Below the pieces are notes generated by a model that had not been told where the DNA came from, did not search any database, and was given only the letters and a program-made list of their open reading frames with translations. From assembly GCA_973851085.1 (NCBI GenBank), contig OZ316776.1:5146001-5210000 (forward strand): 64,000 nt of DNA, read 5' to 3'. Position numbers and translations under genes: made by a program. Below, in pieces: positions 37,715 to 51,190 of the stretch (position 1 is the first letter of the stretch; each line of letters begins with the position of its first letter). The DNA is from Ptychomitrium polyphyllum (taxonomy: Eukaryota).

Positions 37715-39925
37715 TCACTGGTCATGGTCATCTTCAAATTTACTACTAGAGCAGCACGACCACTGCCAACAAATACATGCACGAAATGAGTCAGAACACG
37801 CTATATATAAAATTCGAAGCTACATTTTCTCATTAAGAGAGTACATTGCTTGGGAGTTTTCAGTACAAAGGATCGCAAACTCACATTCAAAAAAACCGGT
37901 GCTGTTATCGTTCACAAGATAGTGCAGCCACAATCCTGCAAAAAACAGAACCAATTTCAATGAGATATTACACTTTTAAAATCATTTCATTATGGTCGCA
38001 ACTAATTCTACATTGTTCTTGCACAAAACCTACCAGCATGCAACTCGAAATCCTATTAAACTCAATCGCATGCATACATCTACTTTCTCAGGTTCTCTGG
38101 AAAGATAGAAATGACTACCTGCAAACTAATCCCTAATTGCAGAAAACACGGGACACAGCTATGCACTTACCGGTTGAGTGCTAGACTGTTTTTTGACCCT
38201 TGATCCACTAGGTAGATTCTGATGATTCTTGCCGTAGCTATCCTCATGAGAAGGCGTTTGATCGGAATTCAACCTGGGAATATGTACAGGTCCACCTTCT
38301 TTTTTTTCATTTGAAAGCTTCTGAAAGATCATGGTGAAGCCATCTCCAGCGTTCGGGTCTTTCACATCCCAAGCTCCGAATTTGGGCAAAACGCCTCCTT
38401 TGCCTGACTGCACACATACTCAACGCTCAACTCTAGATCAGTGAAAATTCAGGACCACTAAGATTGAAGAAATGCCAGCTCAGCAAGTACAATACTTCGA
38501 ATTGGTTTGTCACGCCAAGAAAGGGGCTGCTCTCACCGACTCCTCGGGTCGTCCACCTGGCCGTGGACGAGTCTTAGGAGTACCTGGCGCCATTATAGAG
38601 CCTTCATCCCCTCCAGAAGGATGCCGACCTCTCCGATCCCAAGCAGGTGAGGCCACTCCTCGTCCAGTCTCGCGTGTACCCACTCTGTTTGCGTAAGGAT
38701 GTGCAGGTGAGCGGTCAGCATTATGACTTGAGCCATCTCGATCCGGATTATGACTTGATCCATCCCTATCTGGACGCGGCCTATGTGGAGGTTCAGCTCC
38801 TCCACGACCTGCAATTACAGCAATCAAGAAAAACCAGTGAGCAAATCAAATCATGTAGAATAATAGACTTAGAAATTATTAACTCCAAATGCAATCGCAC
38901 AAAATGCAGAGCTCAATGTGAAGAGAAAGATATTAAAGTGCGTGTGTTAAAATCTCACCGCCAACTGGACCTGGAGCTCTGCGAGCAGGTGGTTGATCAT
39001 AAGATGGTGGCTGACGACCAGGAGGATCACTTGATCTGCGCACATCCAAATTCTCACGGCTAGAGCGCCTTTCATGTCGCGGACGATTTACTGCTTCATC
39101 TGTTTGCTCAAAGACACGACCTGACTCTTGAGTAGCAAGAGCTGAGATAGTTCATAAAAGTAGTAAAAGAAGATGAGCAAGCTCTACGAAGTCCTTCGTA
39201 TCAAAACTTTGTAGCTTCCAAAATTGACGAGCCTGTTTACCATGATCATTGAGCGCCGGTCTAGCATGAGGTGGAGGGCGTTCATTATGTCGCTGAGGAG
39301 CACCAGAACCACCATATATTTGAGCTGCTAGAGCTGGGTTCTCAGCTGGATCATTGGGATTAATAGGTTTACCGCCCTTGCCAGTGCGAGCATGATCAAA
39401 TACTGCAGTGTAAGCTAAGCCATTTCCTCCATTTGAATCCCAGACTCCAAATTTTGGAACATGGGGTCTCTGCACCAAGACCAAATAAGTCTATGAGAAC
39501 AGAGAAACAACACAGACGGTCTGCAACTATGCGAAGAGTCCCAATATAGTGCACAGCAAATTGAGCAGAATGATTAAGGTTTTCAGATGAAAATCAAGTT
39601 CGCATTGTGTGACTGTGAAAATTGACGATTTCTTAGTAAAGATAGCACATGGAAGAAGCTTTGCGTGTAGATGGAGCGTAGAATCTTGCAGAAACGTTTG
39701 CAGGAAAACCTAGCACCTCGCGACGTTTAATAACAGAGCCCGCCAGAAGAACCTCTATTCTAAGCTCGCACCTTCAATAACATAAAGCAGGGGTATGACA
39801 ATTCTAAAAAAGAACATCAACATCAATTTAGAATTATCAATACCATCACTACTCAGAAATCCATACTTGTGGAACTACAAAGATATCAATGAGTCGGGGG
39901 CAAGGCCTGCATAACTCACCGCCAT
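37715..39925 (-). CDS. RIN4: RIN4/NOI family protein; exons 39925-39920, 39469-39241, 39120-38959, 38808-38537, 38407-38171, 37762-37715
   Basis: N-NOI HVPKFGVWD..YTAVFDHAR..INPNDPAENP; C-NOI LPKFGAWDVKDPNAGDGFTMIFQK; C-terminal WSCC acylation motif; probable 5' UTR exon donor near 41440. Confidence 0.9.
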
Positions 39926-41593
39926 GAGAGACTACTTCAGTCCACTGCACAAGTCGTCCCCTCTCACCTGTGCACCAATCATGAACAGGAATAACCTTTA
40001 GTATTCCATCACTCCAAGACGGTTGCAAGCAGGACGATACAACCCTGTAGTCTACTCTAACAATGTATTCTACGAAAAATCTGCAGTAGTAACATCATGG
40101 CTTTCACAACAGCACAAGATTAAATAAGCACCAAAAACCCAGTAGGAATCAATTCAGAATCAAACCAACCGGCAAAAGGTTCCTGAAAGCTAGACGTGAA
40201 GAACAAGATGACAAATAGTTACAATTGTATAAACACATCATGTTTCTAAATCTACTACATATTAGGGCTATCACAATTCTCAGCCCTAATCTTCATTTTC
40301 ATGACTCATCCATTTCGGCAACTTTCAATAGCTAAAAAACACACTGTAGAAGGCAAAAGCAGGTATCCTCTCTGCCTCAAAGAATCTAACATCACGAAAA
40401 CGTACACAACCATCAACAGTTGGTTTCGCGATTCAACTAAAGAAAGCAGTGCAGCTGTGTAATCTTAGTGGCGCTACATCTTCCAGCAGCCAATCGCATA
40501 GCTTAACAAGAGAGGAAATATGAGGACCTCGGTTGAATTCAATTGCTTGATTCATGTGAGCATCACGACTTCTAGAAGACGCTGATTACTTCAGCCTGCA
40601 AGTTCAAGTTCCAGTTTGTGCTCTAGATAAGTAGCAGTGTCTAGAAACATAAAATGTCCCCTTCGGAAGGACTAGCAATACAAAATACCTTCAAATTGCA
40701 ACCTTTGGAACTAGTATTCATCGCGATGCAAACCAATGGCCCTCGCCACTGATTAGGCCGAAAGATTCAATTAATGCTTTACCTGACTTCATATCAAGTG
40801 CTAACTATCACCGGCTGCAGTCGCACTAACCAAAAATCTAGCACTCCTGAGTCCTATCCACCTAGAACCTTATAGTACTCCTAATGATCTAGTTACCACC
40901 TAACCTGCAGAACTGTTGGGAGATAAAATAATACCAAGAGTATGGTTTCAATCACCAGCGAAACCGGTGCCTTTAGTGTGGACAGTGAGCAAAATCTGCA
41001 CGAAGCAATCGTAATTACTTCGCCTTACAATGTTCGCGATGTTTGCGGCTCAATATCACAGCTGCGAAATCCTCGAGCTAGTTCACCAAATACATACACT
41101 CGCACACTCCATTACCCTGAACTAAAAAGCGCTAACACCAACAAAAAGTGACATAAGTGCTCCATGCCCAATCTAATCCATTAGTCTCTCAAAACCGCTC
41201 AGCCTCATACGTCGCCACCAGCTTCACTCCCAACCTCTAAGTCCACCAAAACAAAACAACGCCCTCTAACCTCACTCCAACATTAAACCCAATCACAAAA
41301 CCCAGTCCTTCCTCCCCACCAAAGATCCACAGTCCCATGTAATTGCACATTGAATTCACCAAAACCTCTTACCATCACCAAGACCACCTTTCACCACTCG
41401 ACACGACCAGCACTGCACTCACACTCAACCCCAAACTCACCTGGATCGATTCTCGCCCCCGGTCTCGTACACTTCGCTCAAGTCGGCTCAGGTTAGCTCA
41501 GATCGGCTTAGGTAGGCTCCGAGCAATGGCGATTGCTGAAATGAGATCCGTTTAGGGACAAACGAGTGACAGAAGATCCGGACGAGACGGCGA

Positions 41594-41875
41594 GTGAGAG
41601 GAGAGGAGGGGGAGGGAGGGAGGGGGAGAGAAGGGAGAGGGGAGAGAGGGTGGAAGAGAGAAGCATACCCTAGGAAGCCATCGACCTGGCAAAGGTGCAA
41701 GCTTGCGAGCTCCAGCGATGAAGCCTGCGCAGCTCCAGGAGCTCCAGAAACAGCAACACAGCGAAGGGAGAGGCTACCAACAGCGACGCTCGTCGCCTCC
41801 AGTCCACTCCACCGACGACGGCGACGACGACGACGACGGATCGGACGACGGAGGGGACGACGGAGCAGGTGACAG
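41594..41875. repeat. GA-rich tract (pyrimidine tract on the RIN4 strand) and (GAC)n microsatellite in the RIN4 5'/promoter region
   Basis: Directly visible at 41594-41662 and ~41813-41838. Confidence 0.8.
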
Positions 41876-43090
41876 ACAGCGGTTGGGTTGACGCGGGCCC
41901 ACAGGTTGGGGAGTGGGGTTACCGACGACTGGACTAGTCACTAGTTTGCTCTAGCGCACGTTCCCTACACTACTGCACTTCCGGACTCCTTTGGTGGGTC
42001 CCACTTGCCCCCGCGTCCTCAGTCTTCAGCTGCGCTTCCCCCTCCCTTATGCCTTTTATTTTCTTTTATTTTATTTTATTTTATTTTCACCACGAAACTC
42101 CCGGCATTGAGGAATCCCTATGCTTAATGACCCCTATGATTGAGGGGTCGCTGTGATTATGATTATGATGTATTACGGAGTCTCGAGATATTTCTCTTCA
42201 AACACTGCAAATCAAATCTATAGATAAAACTTATCAAGAATTATAACAAGGTAGGAATGCTAATCATAATTCAAAAGCAAGAACAATTTGGTAATTTTTT
42301 ATCTTGTCTTTGTCTTTGAACTAAAGGAGGAGTAAAAATCTCAAATTTCATTATTATAATTATAGCATTGTTTGCTAAATTCATGGTAAAAAATCTACTA
42401 AAACAACTTGGAATTATTTTTTACTATATCATTTCTACTATTATTTTACTATAAAATTTTGCCAATAGTAAAGGTTGTCAGAAAATAAACAATATCTTTT
42501 TGAGCTATTACTATTGAATCTCAAGATTTTTATTTTAAAATGCAATATGCAAAGCATGATTTGTTATAAAAGATCAAATTATTTGTCAAATTAAGAAAAA
42601 TATATTAAATTTTAAGACATCTTTTTGTTTCAAAACCTTTATTTTTAAAATGAAAATTATACATCTCACAACAAAGAAAAAATATATAAGATGATTTAAT
42701 AATGGTTTACATAAAATTTGAGTTTTTTTGGCACTTTTGAAAAAAAAATTGTTTGTAGAGATAGAAATTAAATTTCAAATAAAGCCTTTAATTTCATGAA
42801 AAAAAAAGATAAAATGCTCTTTTTTTTCTTTTTAATAACTTTGTTCTATTATATTTCAATAGATACATTATACAAAGTCAAAAATAGCTGTTATCAAATG
42901 TTAATATAAATGTAAAGATACTATTATTACAAATCAATTAATAAATATTAAAATTTCATTTATTCTATATATATTTAGGCTCAAATTAGAAATTGGATTC
43001 TATAACATCAAAATGCACAACAAGGCCTTTATACAAATTTCTAAGGAGTTAAGGTATAATATGTAGCCATTATTGGTACATGTAAACCAT

Positions 43091-43707
43091 TGTTGATATT
43101 AAAATAAGATTAGGTAAGATGTAATTTTAAAATTATATCAAGATTAAAACAATAATTGATTAAGTCTAAGTTTAAAAGTAAGAAAATGGAATTTATTTAA
43201 ATTTTTAAACCAAAATTATATTTAAACTAAAAGACAACTAAGCATGACTAATGTGTATTTTATAAAAGATTTTAAGATTGTCATATACAACATAATCTTT
43301 AAAATCTTCTAGAACCTTTAGGTACATTGTGGTAGCTTCATAAAATACTTTCAATGTAATACTTTCAATATAATACTTTCAATACTTTTGTAGCCATTTT
43401 TATTCTAGAAACTTTCTTAGGAAAAATCCACTTCCTTGAAGAACTTCTTAAGTTGGTTCCATAGACATTTAAAACATTCTTAAGCTTTTTAGGAAGCTTT
43501 TTCTAGGAAACACAAGCGTCATAATGTAAACAAGAGGCAAGATAAGGTATACCTTTGTCTTGCCAAAATAAGTTGTGGATCATATTGTATTGTGTCTTTA
43601 TTCTAGTCTTTGTATCAATTCTTATTAATCATTAACTTTTTAGAAGCTAATTCTTGGAAACCACTTCATATTTGCTACTTATTTCTTGTATCTTTGTATT
43701 CTTAACA
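43091..43707. mobile_element. Old degenerate solo-LTR-like fragment
   Basis: TGTTGA...TTAACA ends and TTCTAGAA/GAAGCTTT motif arrays resembling the U3 repeats of the chromovirus LTRs; no matching TSD. Confidence 0.35.
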
Positions 43708-46700
43708 ATGGCTAATAAATTAGAAACTTTTATATTTTCATATTATTGTTGAAAGCTTTAAAATGAATCTTATTATTATTAAGAAGATCATATCAAATAT
43801 ATAAGAAGCATTATAATTAATTATAAATAAAAAGAATTGTTTCAATTAAAAAAGATGATTCAAAAAGTTATATACAAATAATAATTTATTTTTGAAATCG
43901 TTTTATTATGTGGAAAGAAGATTATTCATTATTTTAAATAATTATCTTATAATGTTGCTACCATATTAATTATTCATTGTTTATGAATTCTGAAAACTAA
44001 TGCCAAATATGTTCATCTAAATCTACAACAACATCATTTGTTATGTGTGTTCTTCACTTTCTTCTACAACATTTACAATTTAATTATGTATGCAGATGTC
44101 AATTGTTATAATTTTGATATCAAATAATGTCTTCAAAACCAATTTTTCTTCATGGTATACAATTCATATATATTTCAAATCTATGCAATTTTTGTAAATA
44201 AATGATTTTCTTTTAAAAAACAACATTATATATTTAGCCTGTAATTTGTAGAATCTCTTATAAACAAGTTAATTAATATACTCCTTCTGTGCAATACACT
44301 GCTACCAAAATTAGACAATCCATGTAAATGATGGTTGTCTCTTTTCATAATTTTTCCATGTTTAACATTATGTTAAAGGAATATTTTCTTATCCAATGAT
44401 TTTTGTAAATGACTTGTTATAATAAAATATCACTTTTTAATTCTTAGGAATTTTCCAATTTTACATGAAGTTCTCACTACCAAAAATAAGAAGAATAAAG
44501 TATTTTCATTATCAAACTCAATTTTGGCAATAAGAATGGCATCTATTACATTTATGATAAAATAAAGCTTTGCTTATCAAACACTATTAAATCAAGCCTA
44601 TTACAAATACTTGGTTGTTTTCCAATATGACTTTATCATCTTAAAACTCTCAAAAACACATCATTAGGTTTACTAGTCAAATCTACAATTTAGTTGCAAC
44701 TTACAATAATTCCATATGTAGAAAAGATAAAATAAAAAGATATATTTTATTAACGACCTTAATACAATAGAAACTTCTTTATTGTTAAATTTCAACTATT
44801 CTACCATTCCTTTATTTTACTTAACCTACATTATATATTATCCAATTATGCCTTGTACATTATGTGATCTAAAGAAAAAAAATGAAAAATGAAAAATCAA
44901 AGGGACACAAGAGAGAGCCTCTACAATTCCCATATTTTTCTTTCAAAGCTCTAACAGTGGCTAATTTCAATTTCTACAATCTAATGGATGAAATTTCTTA
45001 TCACCAAAATCTATTAATTTTGCAGTCATTAAATGAATGTCTAATGGAAAAGCATTAAATGAAATTGGAAACTTAAAGAGTCTATAAACCATCTAAATCC
45101 TTAATTAACAATTTGTACTTAACTATCAAATATATTTTTTATATTTTCTTAATTTTTTAAAAATAAAAATAGAAATCTTATTGCAACTAAATGTAGATAT
45201 TTAGTCATACTAAATTTTGTTGATTAGAAAAAAACCAAAGGTTTTTATCAAGCATATTTTTTAAAAATTTTAATTCATACATATGGTTAAAATTTTAAAA
45301 TACTATGAAATACAAAGATTCAAATTTGACATTGTAAGCAAAACAATATTAATTATGCAAAACATAGATTTTGGACAATTGAAGGTATACCATAGGTAAT
45401 TATCTTGGTTTTATTGATAAATTTGGTCATATGTTTATTTTATTTTATTTTATTTTATTATTTATTTCAAGAATTTTGCTATGATTTTATATATTTATAT
45501 ATATTTCTGAAAATTTTCTAAATAGTACAAGATGTACAGTATCATTTTTAAAATTTCACAATATAAAAGAACAATAGTAAATTAAAACCACAATTTTTAC
45601 TACACTCCACAATATTAAGATTATAAATCTTGAAGTATGTTGAAATAAAACATTTTCTACAAAGAAAGAATTGTATTAACTTACATTATCTATTAATTCA
45701 CATGTCCAGATTAGCATGGAATTGAGACTCATTTTAACAATTAAATTTTATCATTTCAAATTTTTAATAGAAAGATCCAATCTTACATCTTTAGTAATGT
45801 TAAGGCATATATCAACTACAAGCCTTAAACTTTCCAAAGAATATGGTGAAATTTCAAATTATTGGAATTTTTTTAAGGTACCTTTTTAAAATTTATATCA
45901 ATTACAAATCAGACTCATGTGTTCCAAACTTTTCAAAATAAATTTAGACTTTATCCCGTCCTCGCCAAAACTGCATCTGCCTTACGAGGGGGTAAGAAAA
46001 CAGCGTTAGTTGATGACCCCGTTCAGACACGTAACCGTTGATTCGAATCCTGACCGTTAGATCTAGACAACACGCAGGCATGCATGCAACAGCGTCATAC
46101 GAAGCCTTCAATCTGCGAGCTGCGACAATTTTAGCGCCTGGAATTCTAGTCACGAAAGCAGTTCCGATCGTTGCTGAACTCGATAGCACTAGTGCGGGCA
46201 CCAGCTTGTAACGACGGCGCTGTGCTTGTGTCATTCCAACCCGTTTACGTTGAGATGTGGGTTCAACGTAGGAGGTTGCACCGTTGATATGTCAACGCTT
46301 AGTCCATGGACGATGCTAGATTACTGGCAACATGAGTTCATTGCTGGTTGAACGAAGACTAAGGGCTTCTCATGCAGTACGAGTGTTGGATGTCTGTGAG
46401 AGGACTCAAGCACTAGTACACTATGACTCATTGCGTTGCGTTTCGAAGTGGAGGAGATGGTGAATCTGCTGGCCTTCCATGATCCAATGATCGCTGCCTC
46501 GACCGATATTTGGCTGCAGGGGTTGGCATAGTTTGATTCTCTCGCATGTGTCTGCCCGATGCAGCAGTTCCATACATGACAAACGTTAGCAGTGATCCCA
46601 GTTTTTAAGTGTAGTAGTGGAGCGGTTTGGAGATTCTGGAGCCTTCACTTCACAGATTCGTGCGTGAAATGATCTACAATGGAATTTGACATTCTTTTGT

Positions 46701-49700
46701 GGTGGCTCTCCACACCTGGGCAGTTCAAAGTCGTAGCCGTGTGTTGCTTCCTGTGGGGATTGCTATTTTATATCCGTTTGATGATTTGTATTGGTAAAAT
46801 CCCATTTTGTCTCATGATGTGATTTTAGAGACTAGAGCGCGTAGCGTGTGACATCCGTATAGGCTTAAGAATGTTGATTCTGGGTAAGTGGGAATCTTTG
46901 ATTGCTGGGTTGAGTTCCACGAGTGTCATATTGGTTTTTGAAACTGTATTAACTCTTCTTTACACTTGTTCCTTCAAGTTGTTGTTGACTACTTGTCTTC
47001 AGATTGTCACAGAAATAGAACAAGTATCTGAACGATCGGGGTGGATCACCTACGAAAGCCCAGCTATTAACATGTGATACAATATGCCTTTTTAACTTTG
47101 ACAAATTGGACCTCCGTATGAGTTGACTGTCTGTTGTACTATATTACAATCCAAAGAAGTATCACTTGTGTGGGCAATACCGTTTACTCTTTGGTAGAAC
47201 CGTTTTTCTTTACCTCTCTTGGTTGTTCCTTTTATCTTTAAGTTGTTTTTGTTTTTCATTTTCTTCAGTCAGCATATAGCGAGTATCATGTAATTGGTGT
47301 TATTCCTTGTTTCTCATACATTGAATACATGTTGTTGCAGGTGAAGGACAGTTTTGCACAAAGAGGCTGGGTGCTTGGATTTCGGAGAGGCGTTTTGTCC
47401 ACTCCTGTTGTAGTGATGTCCTTTTATGTCAGAAAATTCAACTTTTGCAATAATTGATTCCTACAAGCAAAATCCTTTTCAAGGTTCATAACTGGGTAGT
47501 AAATGCAGGAATTTGATGTGTACTGCAGGAACTGTGTCATGCTGATTTTGTGATAAGGATAAGTGGTGCGAGGTATGTTTAACCTGCACATTTGGATAAC
47601 GAAATGCAATTCTCTTTTGGCAAGCTTAAAACATTCAGATGTCGTGATACTGATGCTTTTCTTGTTTCACAACAGGTCAGTTACCCGTCAATACAGTTCA
47701 TGAAGTGATTATGGTGAAGAAAGTAAGAAGCGGACAATCGGGGGTAAAGTTGGTTGAAATACTTGGCTGCAACTTGGTTAGTCTCTAAATTCTAATTTGC
47801 ACACTAATTGCTATAGATTAGAACGACGGTTTCATTTGTCATTTCTTACACAAAAGCATTGAAACCACATTTTTGAATGACACGTCCACCACCTACTTCT
47901 AAACAACATTTCCAGTGTCGCTTTGACAAAAGTAAATCAAGCAATGCATGTGCAACAATATTTGAAACTACAGTTGTTTCAAACATCACTTTTACTCGTT
48001 GAATTACACCCAAAAATGTCATTACGATCAATTCAAGTAGGTGTCCTCACTACTCTGAAATTTGTGCAAGATTCAGTCTGCCAACCTGACGATGGTTGAG
48101 AATCAGTCGGTAGTCAACTGGTGATTAGGACAATGGGAGTTATTGAAACTTTCGATTTTTAGGCATTCAAATTCTGGATAAATTCTTCTTGAGTTTGGAA
48201 TCAATTTTTTTCTGGAAGTAGGCTAAATTTGAGATTACCGATAATTTACATGCAGCTTGTTTTAAGTAGAGGGAAAATTGGCATTACGATTTACAACTAG
48301 ATTGGATGTTGGAATGCAGAGTGAGAGTTTATTCATTCATTAGTTTCTGTGCATGGGCAGTATGAAGATTTGAGGCCCAGCCAGGTATTCCCACAGTAAT
48401 CAGGGAAGCCACTGACAAACAGAGCAGTCAAGTGTGTCATTGTGATGAGGCATTGTAGAATTGAAAATGTGTATGTTGGCTGCGAGTACTGTATTGAGAG
48501 ATTGACACTCACTCTACACTTCGTTGAATTGACTATCCTTGTTGTCGGGTTGCAGTGAAGCTAATTTCTTGCCTTACTTGGTCTTGATAATCATTGTGTG
48601 GTCTCAGCGAACTTTCTTGATAACAGAGTTATGGAAACCGCAATCATGGACATGTTTCTTTAAAAGTTCATTCCAAAATTAACTAATGCCGGTAGGTCTT
48701 GCTATCCCTTATATACCAAGGACTTGTCCAAAAACAGCTCTTAAAATAATTCTTATTTTACTTTTATTGCATCGTAGACTAAGCGCTACGCTTAGGAAGA
48801 ACCTTCCAGCAACGTGGGAAACTGTTGCTCTGTTTTTGTCTATGTCTCTACGAGCTTCAAAGCCCCAAGCCATAATGTGTGGTTGCTCGAGAACAATGTA
48901 AACCTTAGTTGTTGTAAGTTTAATCCTCAGAGAAGATTCACAAGAGCCGATAGGTTACCACTTATTAAGCGTGGAGTGCCCATTATTACCTGCAGTAGCG
49001 GCAACTTTTAAACGACCATAGCTTCTAATCTTACATTTTAACCTAAATGTTCTGCAAGCATTAAAATCCATTTGGTTAATACTTGCTTCAGGCTTTGCTG
49101 TTCTATCATATTTTACTCCGATGTTGGTGTGCGTCTGAAACACTACACGTGTGTAAGTTAAAAGATCAACCGATGGGCAAGGATCGATTGAGTAGCTCAG
49201 GTAATTAGACTCTTTCAGCTTTCAAAAGGAAGAGCTGAGAAGTATCGCGGATGGAGGCCCCAACAATTATGAAAGAAAACAGAGGTTCCAGGAACTGTGT
49301 AGCGCCAAATTGTGATCGACGGGTGAGAAAATGACAATGGATGTAACTATAGAACGTTGCAACGAAACCATTTGATTAGCAAGCTGGCTTCCAGAAACTT
49401 TTTAATAATCCAGCGAGTTCCTTGTGTAATGCTATCAATCACCCCAATCATTCTAACACGACCTGCTATGGTGACGCAGTGCATTGTGAAAGCTCGACAG
49501 ACTGACTTTGACAAGAGGATAAGCCTGTAACCACCCACTGCCACCTTGTTTCAGAACAACCAGACTCACACCGTTTGACATCCTTGTCGAAACTATCAGA
49601 GCTCAATGTAGGGGAGCATTTATGAATTCAGAGGTTCATTATTGACTGGCATCGTCGTCGCAAGGAGTACGTCAAGCGTGATGTTGCGACAAAAACTAAT

Positions 49701-50851
49701 AATATTCTATAAATGGCATCTATACCTGCCTGTCATGGCATGTTCGTAACGTCAGGAAGATTCTTTTATCGAAAGTGACATCTAGGTGGAAGGAAATCAT
49801 CAAGGAGGATCTGAAAGAAATCATATGTTATCACTGTGTAAGAACCCGTTGACCTAACTATAACCTTGAAAGAAGTGCATATGCATGTCAATACCATAAA
49901 CCTGTGATTCGGTAATACCGGGAAGAAGACCCTCCACCCGTTCTCTCCAAATGAATATTCTCATTCACTGATTACCCGTCAACATTGCTCAGGAGTATCA
50001 GTTGCCACAGAGAGGTCCCTTACGTACGTACTGTAACTCATAAATTCAGCCCAGAAAGCCAAGTTCTCCAACATACCTGTCATCCAAGCTGCACCGCATG
50101 CCTTACTTGCAATTAGTACTTGTTGCATTGAATAAAGTATGCAGCGAAGAAGCTGCAGTTCCCGCGTCCATTCTAACGTGGTTAAGAATTCCATTGACAA
50201 GTGCCACCCACCCCGAGATATTCCTTCCCACTAACGGGATCAATTTAACATGAACAGCTATGGTGGCGTCACGGCATGCAAAAGGCTCAGGTGACATTTT
50301 TAACCACGACAACCTGAAGACATCTGATCAGGACATACCCTACCAGACAAGGATATCACGCAGCATATAAGTATTGGAATCTCCAGTGCTATCTTTCGAA
50401 CCCCACATACTTCACATGGACGGAGAATCGCCACAGGGATTGACGCCATTGTCGTGCTCTGCGAATCATGTGCAAGCCAAACACAGACCCAAAAATCCTA
50501 ATTAAACGTAGGTCGACAACAGTGTAACCTTAAACAAGGTAAGAGGAATTCTATTCCGTTGCCCCAAAAAATCAAAAAACACAGAAGAGTGATAAAATAG
50601 ATTGCGAAACTTCTAAGGAACTAAAGACTAACATCAATGGTCATATCAACAAACGACTGAGGCTGGTCGAAACATGCTCTCGCTACGAGCACCAGATGAT
50701 TCGAGCCCGTGATCATTCGGAAACTGATCATATAATTGAAGGATTGTGGTCTCACTGTACTTTAGCTTATGTTTGCCAAGGTTCCCGAAGCATCACGAAA
50801 CCCTAACTTCTTTCACCTGAAGCCAATCATCAATCAATACTTGCTGCATGT

Positions 50852-51190
50852 TTAGGCCTCCGCAGATGCATTCCCTGGACTGGGAATCTTGCCCATTTGA
50901 ATTGAATCCAAAGTTTCGCTAGAGCCCTTCCCGGGACCGTCCTCCCCATAGAGCGACTTGTAGTACATGGCGGTGCCAATGCCGGTCAACACCGCCATCC
51001 CCGCCAACACCACCGGATGCCGCACCCTCACCTTGCTCACACCCGCGGTACTCACTGCCTGGGGTGCTGGCCCCTTCACCACATGCGACGAACTCCTCCT
51101 CGCATCCTCCACGCCGCCCATCTTGAGGTCCTCCACTGACGTCTTCGTCGTCTTAAACTTCTGCTTCAAATCTTGATCCCCTCCTGCCAT
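50852..51190 (-). CDS. Intronless 112-aa protein with one predicted transmembrane helix, unknown family
   Basis: GC-rich coding-like ORF with ATG in good context (CTCATGG); hydrophobic segment PVVLAGMAVLTGIGTAMYY. Confidence 0.65.
   Translation of the reverse strand: MAGGDQDLKQKFKTTKTSVEDLKMGGVEDARRSSSHVVKGPAPQAVSTAGVSKVRVRHPVVLAGMAVLTGIGTAMYYKSLYGEDGPGKGSSETLDSIQMGKIPSPGNASAEA

Noticed and set aside
41566..41580. TGACAGAAGA, matching the 5' half of miR156
   Set aside because: Only 10 nt match and no complementary star arm is visible.
41594..41891. Arg-rich and Asp-rich ORFs upstream of RIN4
   Set aside because: Products of the GA tract and (GAC)n microsatellite; no ATG starts.
49190..49262. 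GTAGCTCAG A-box-like motif plus small hairpin suggesting a tRNA or SINE
   Set aside because: No B-box/T-arm (GTTCRA) and no cloverleaf or acceptor stem.
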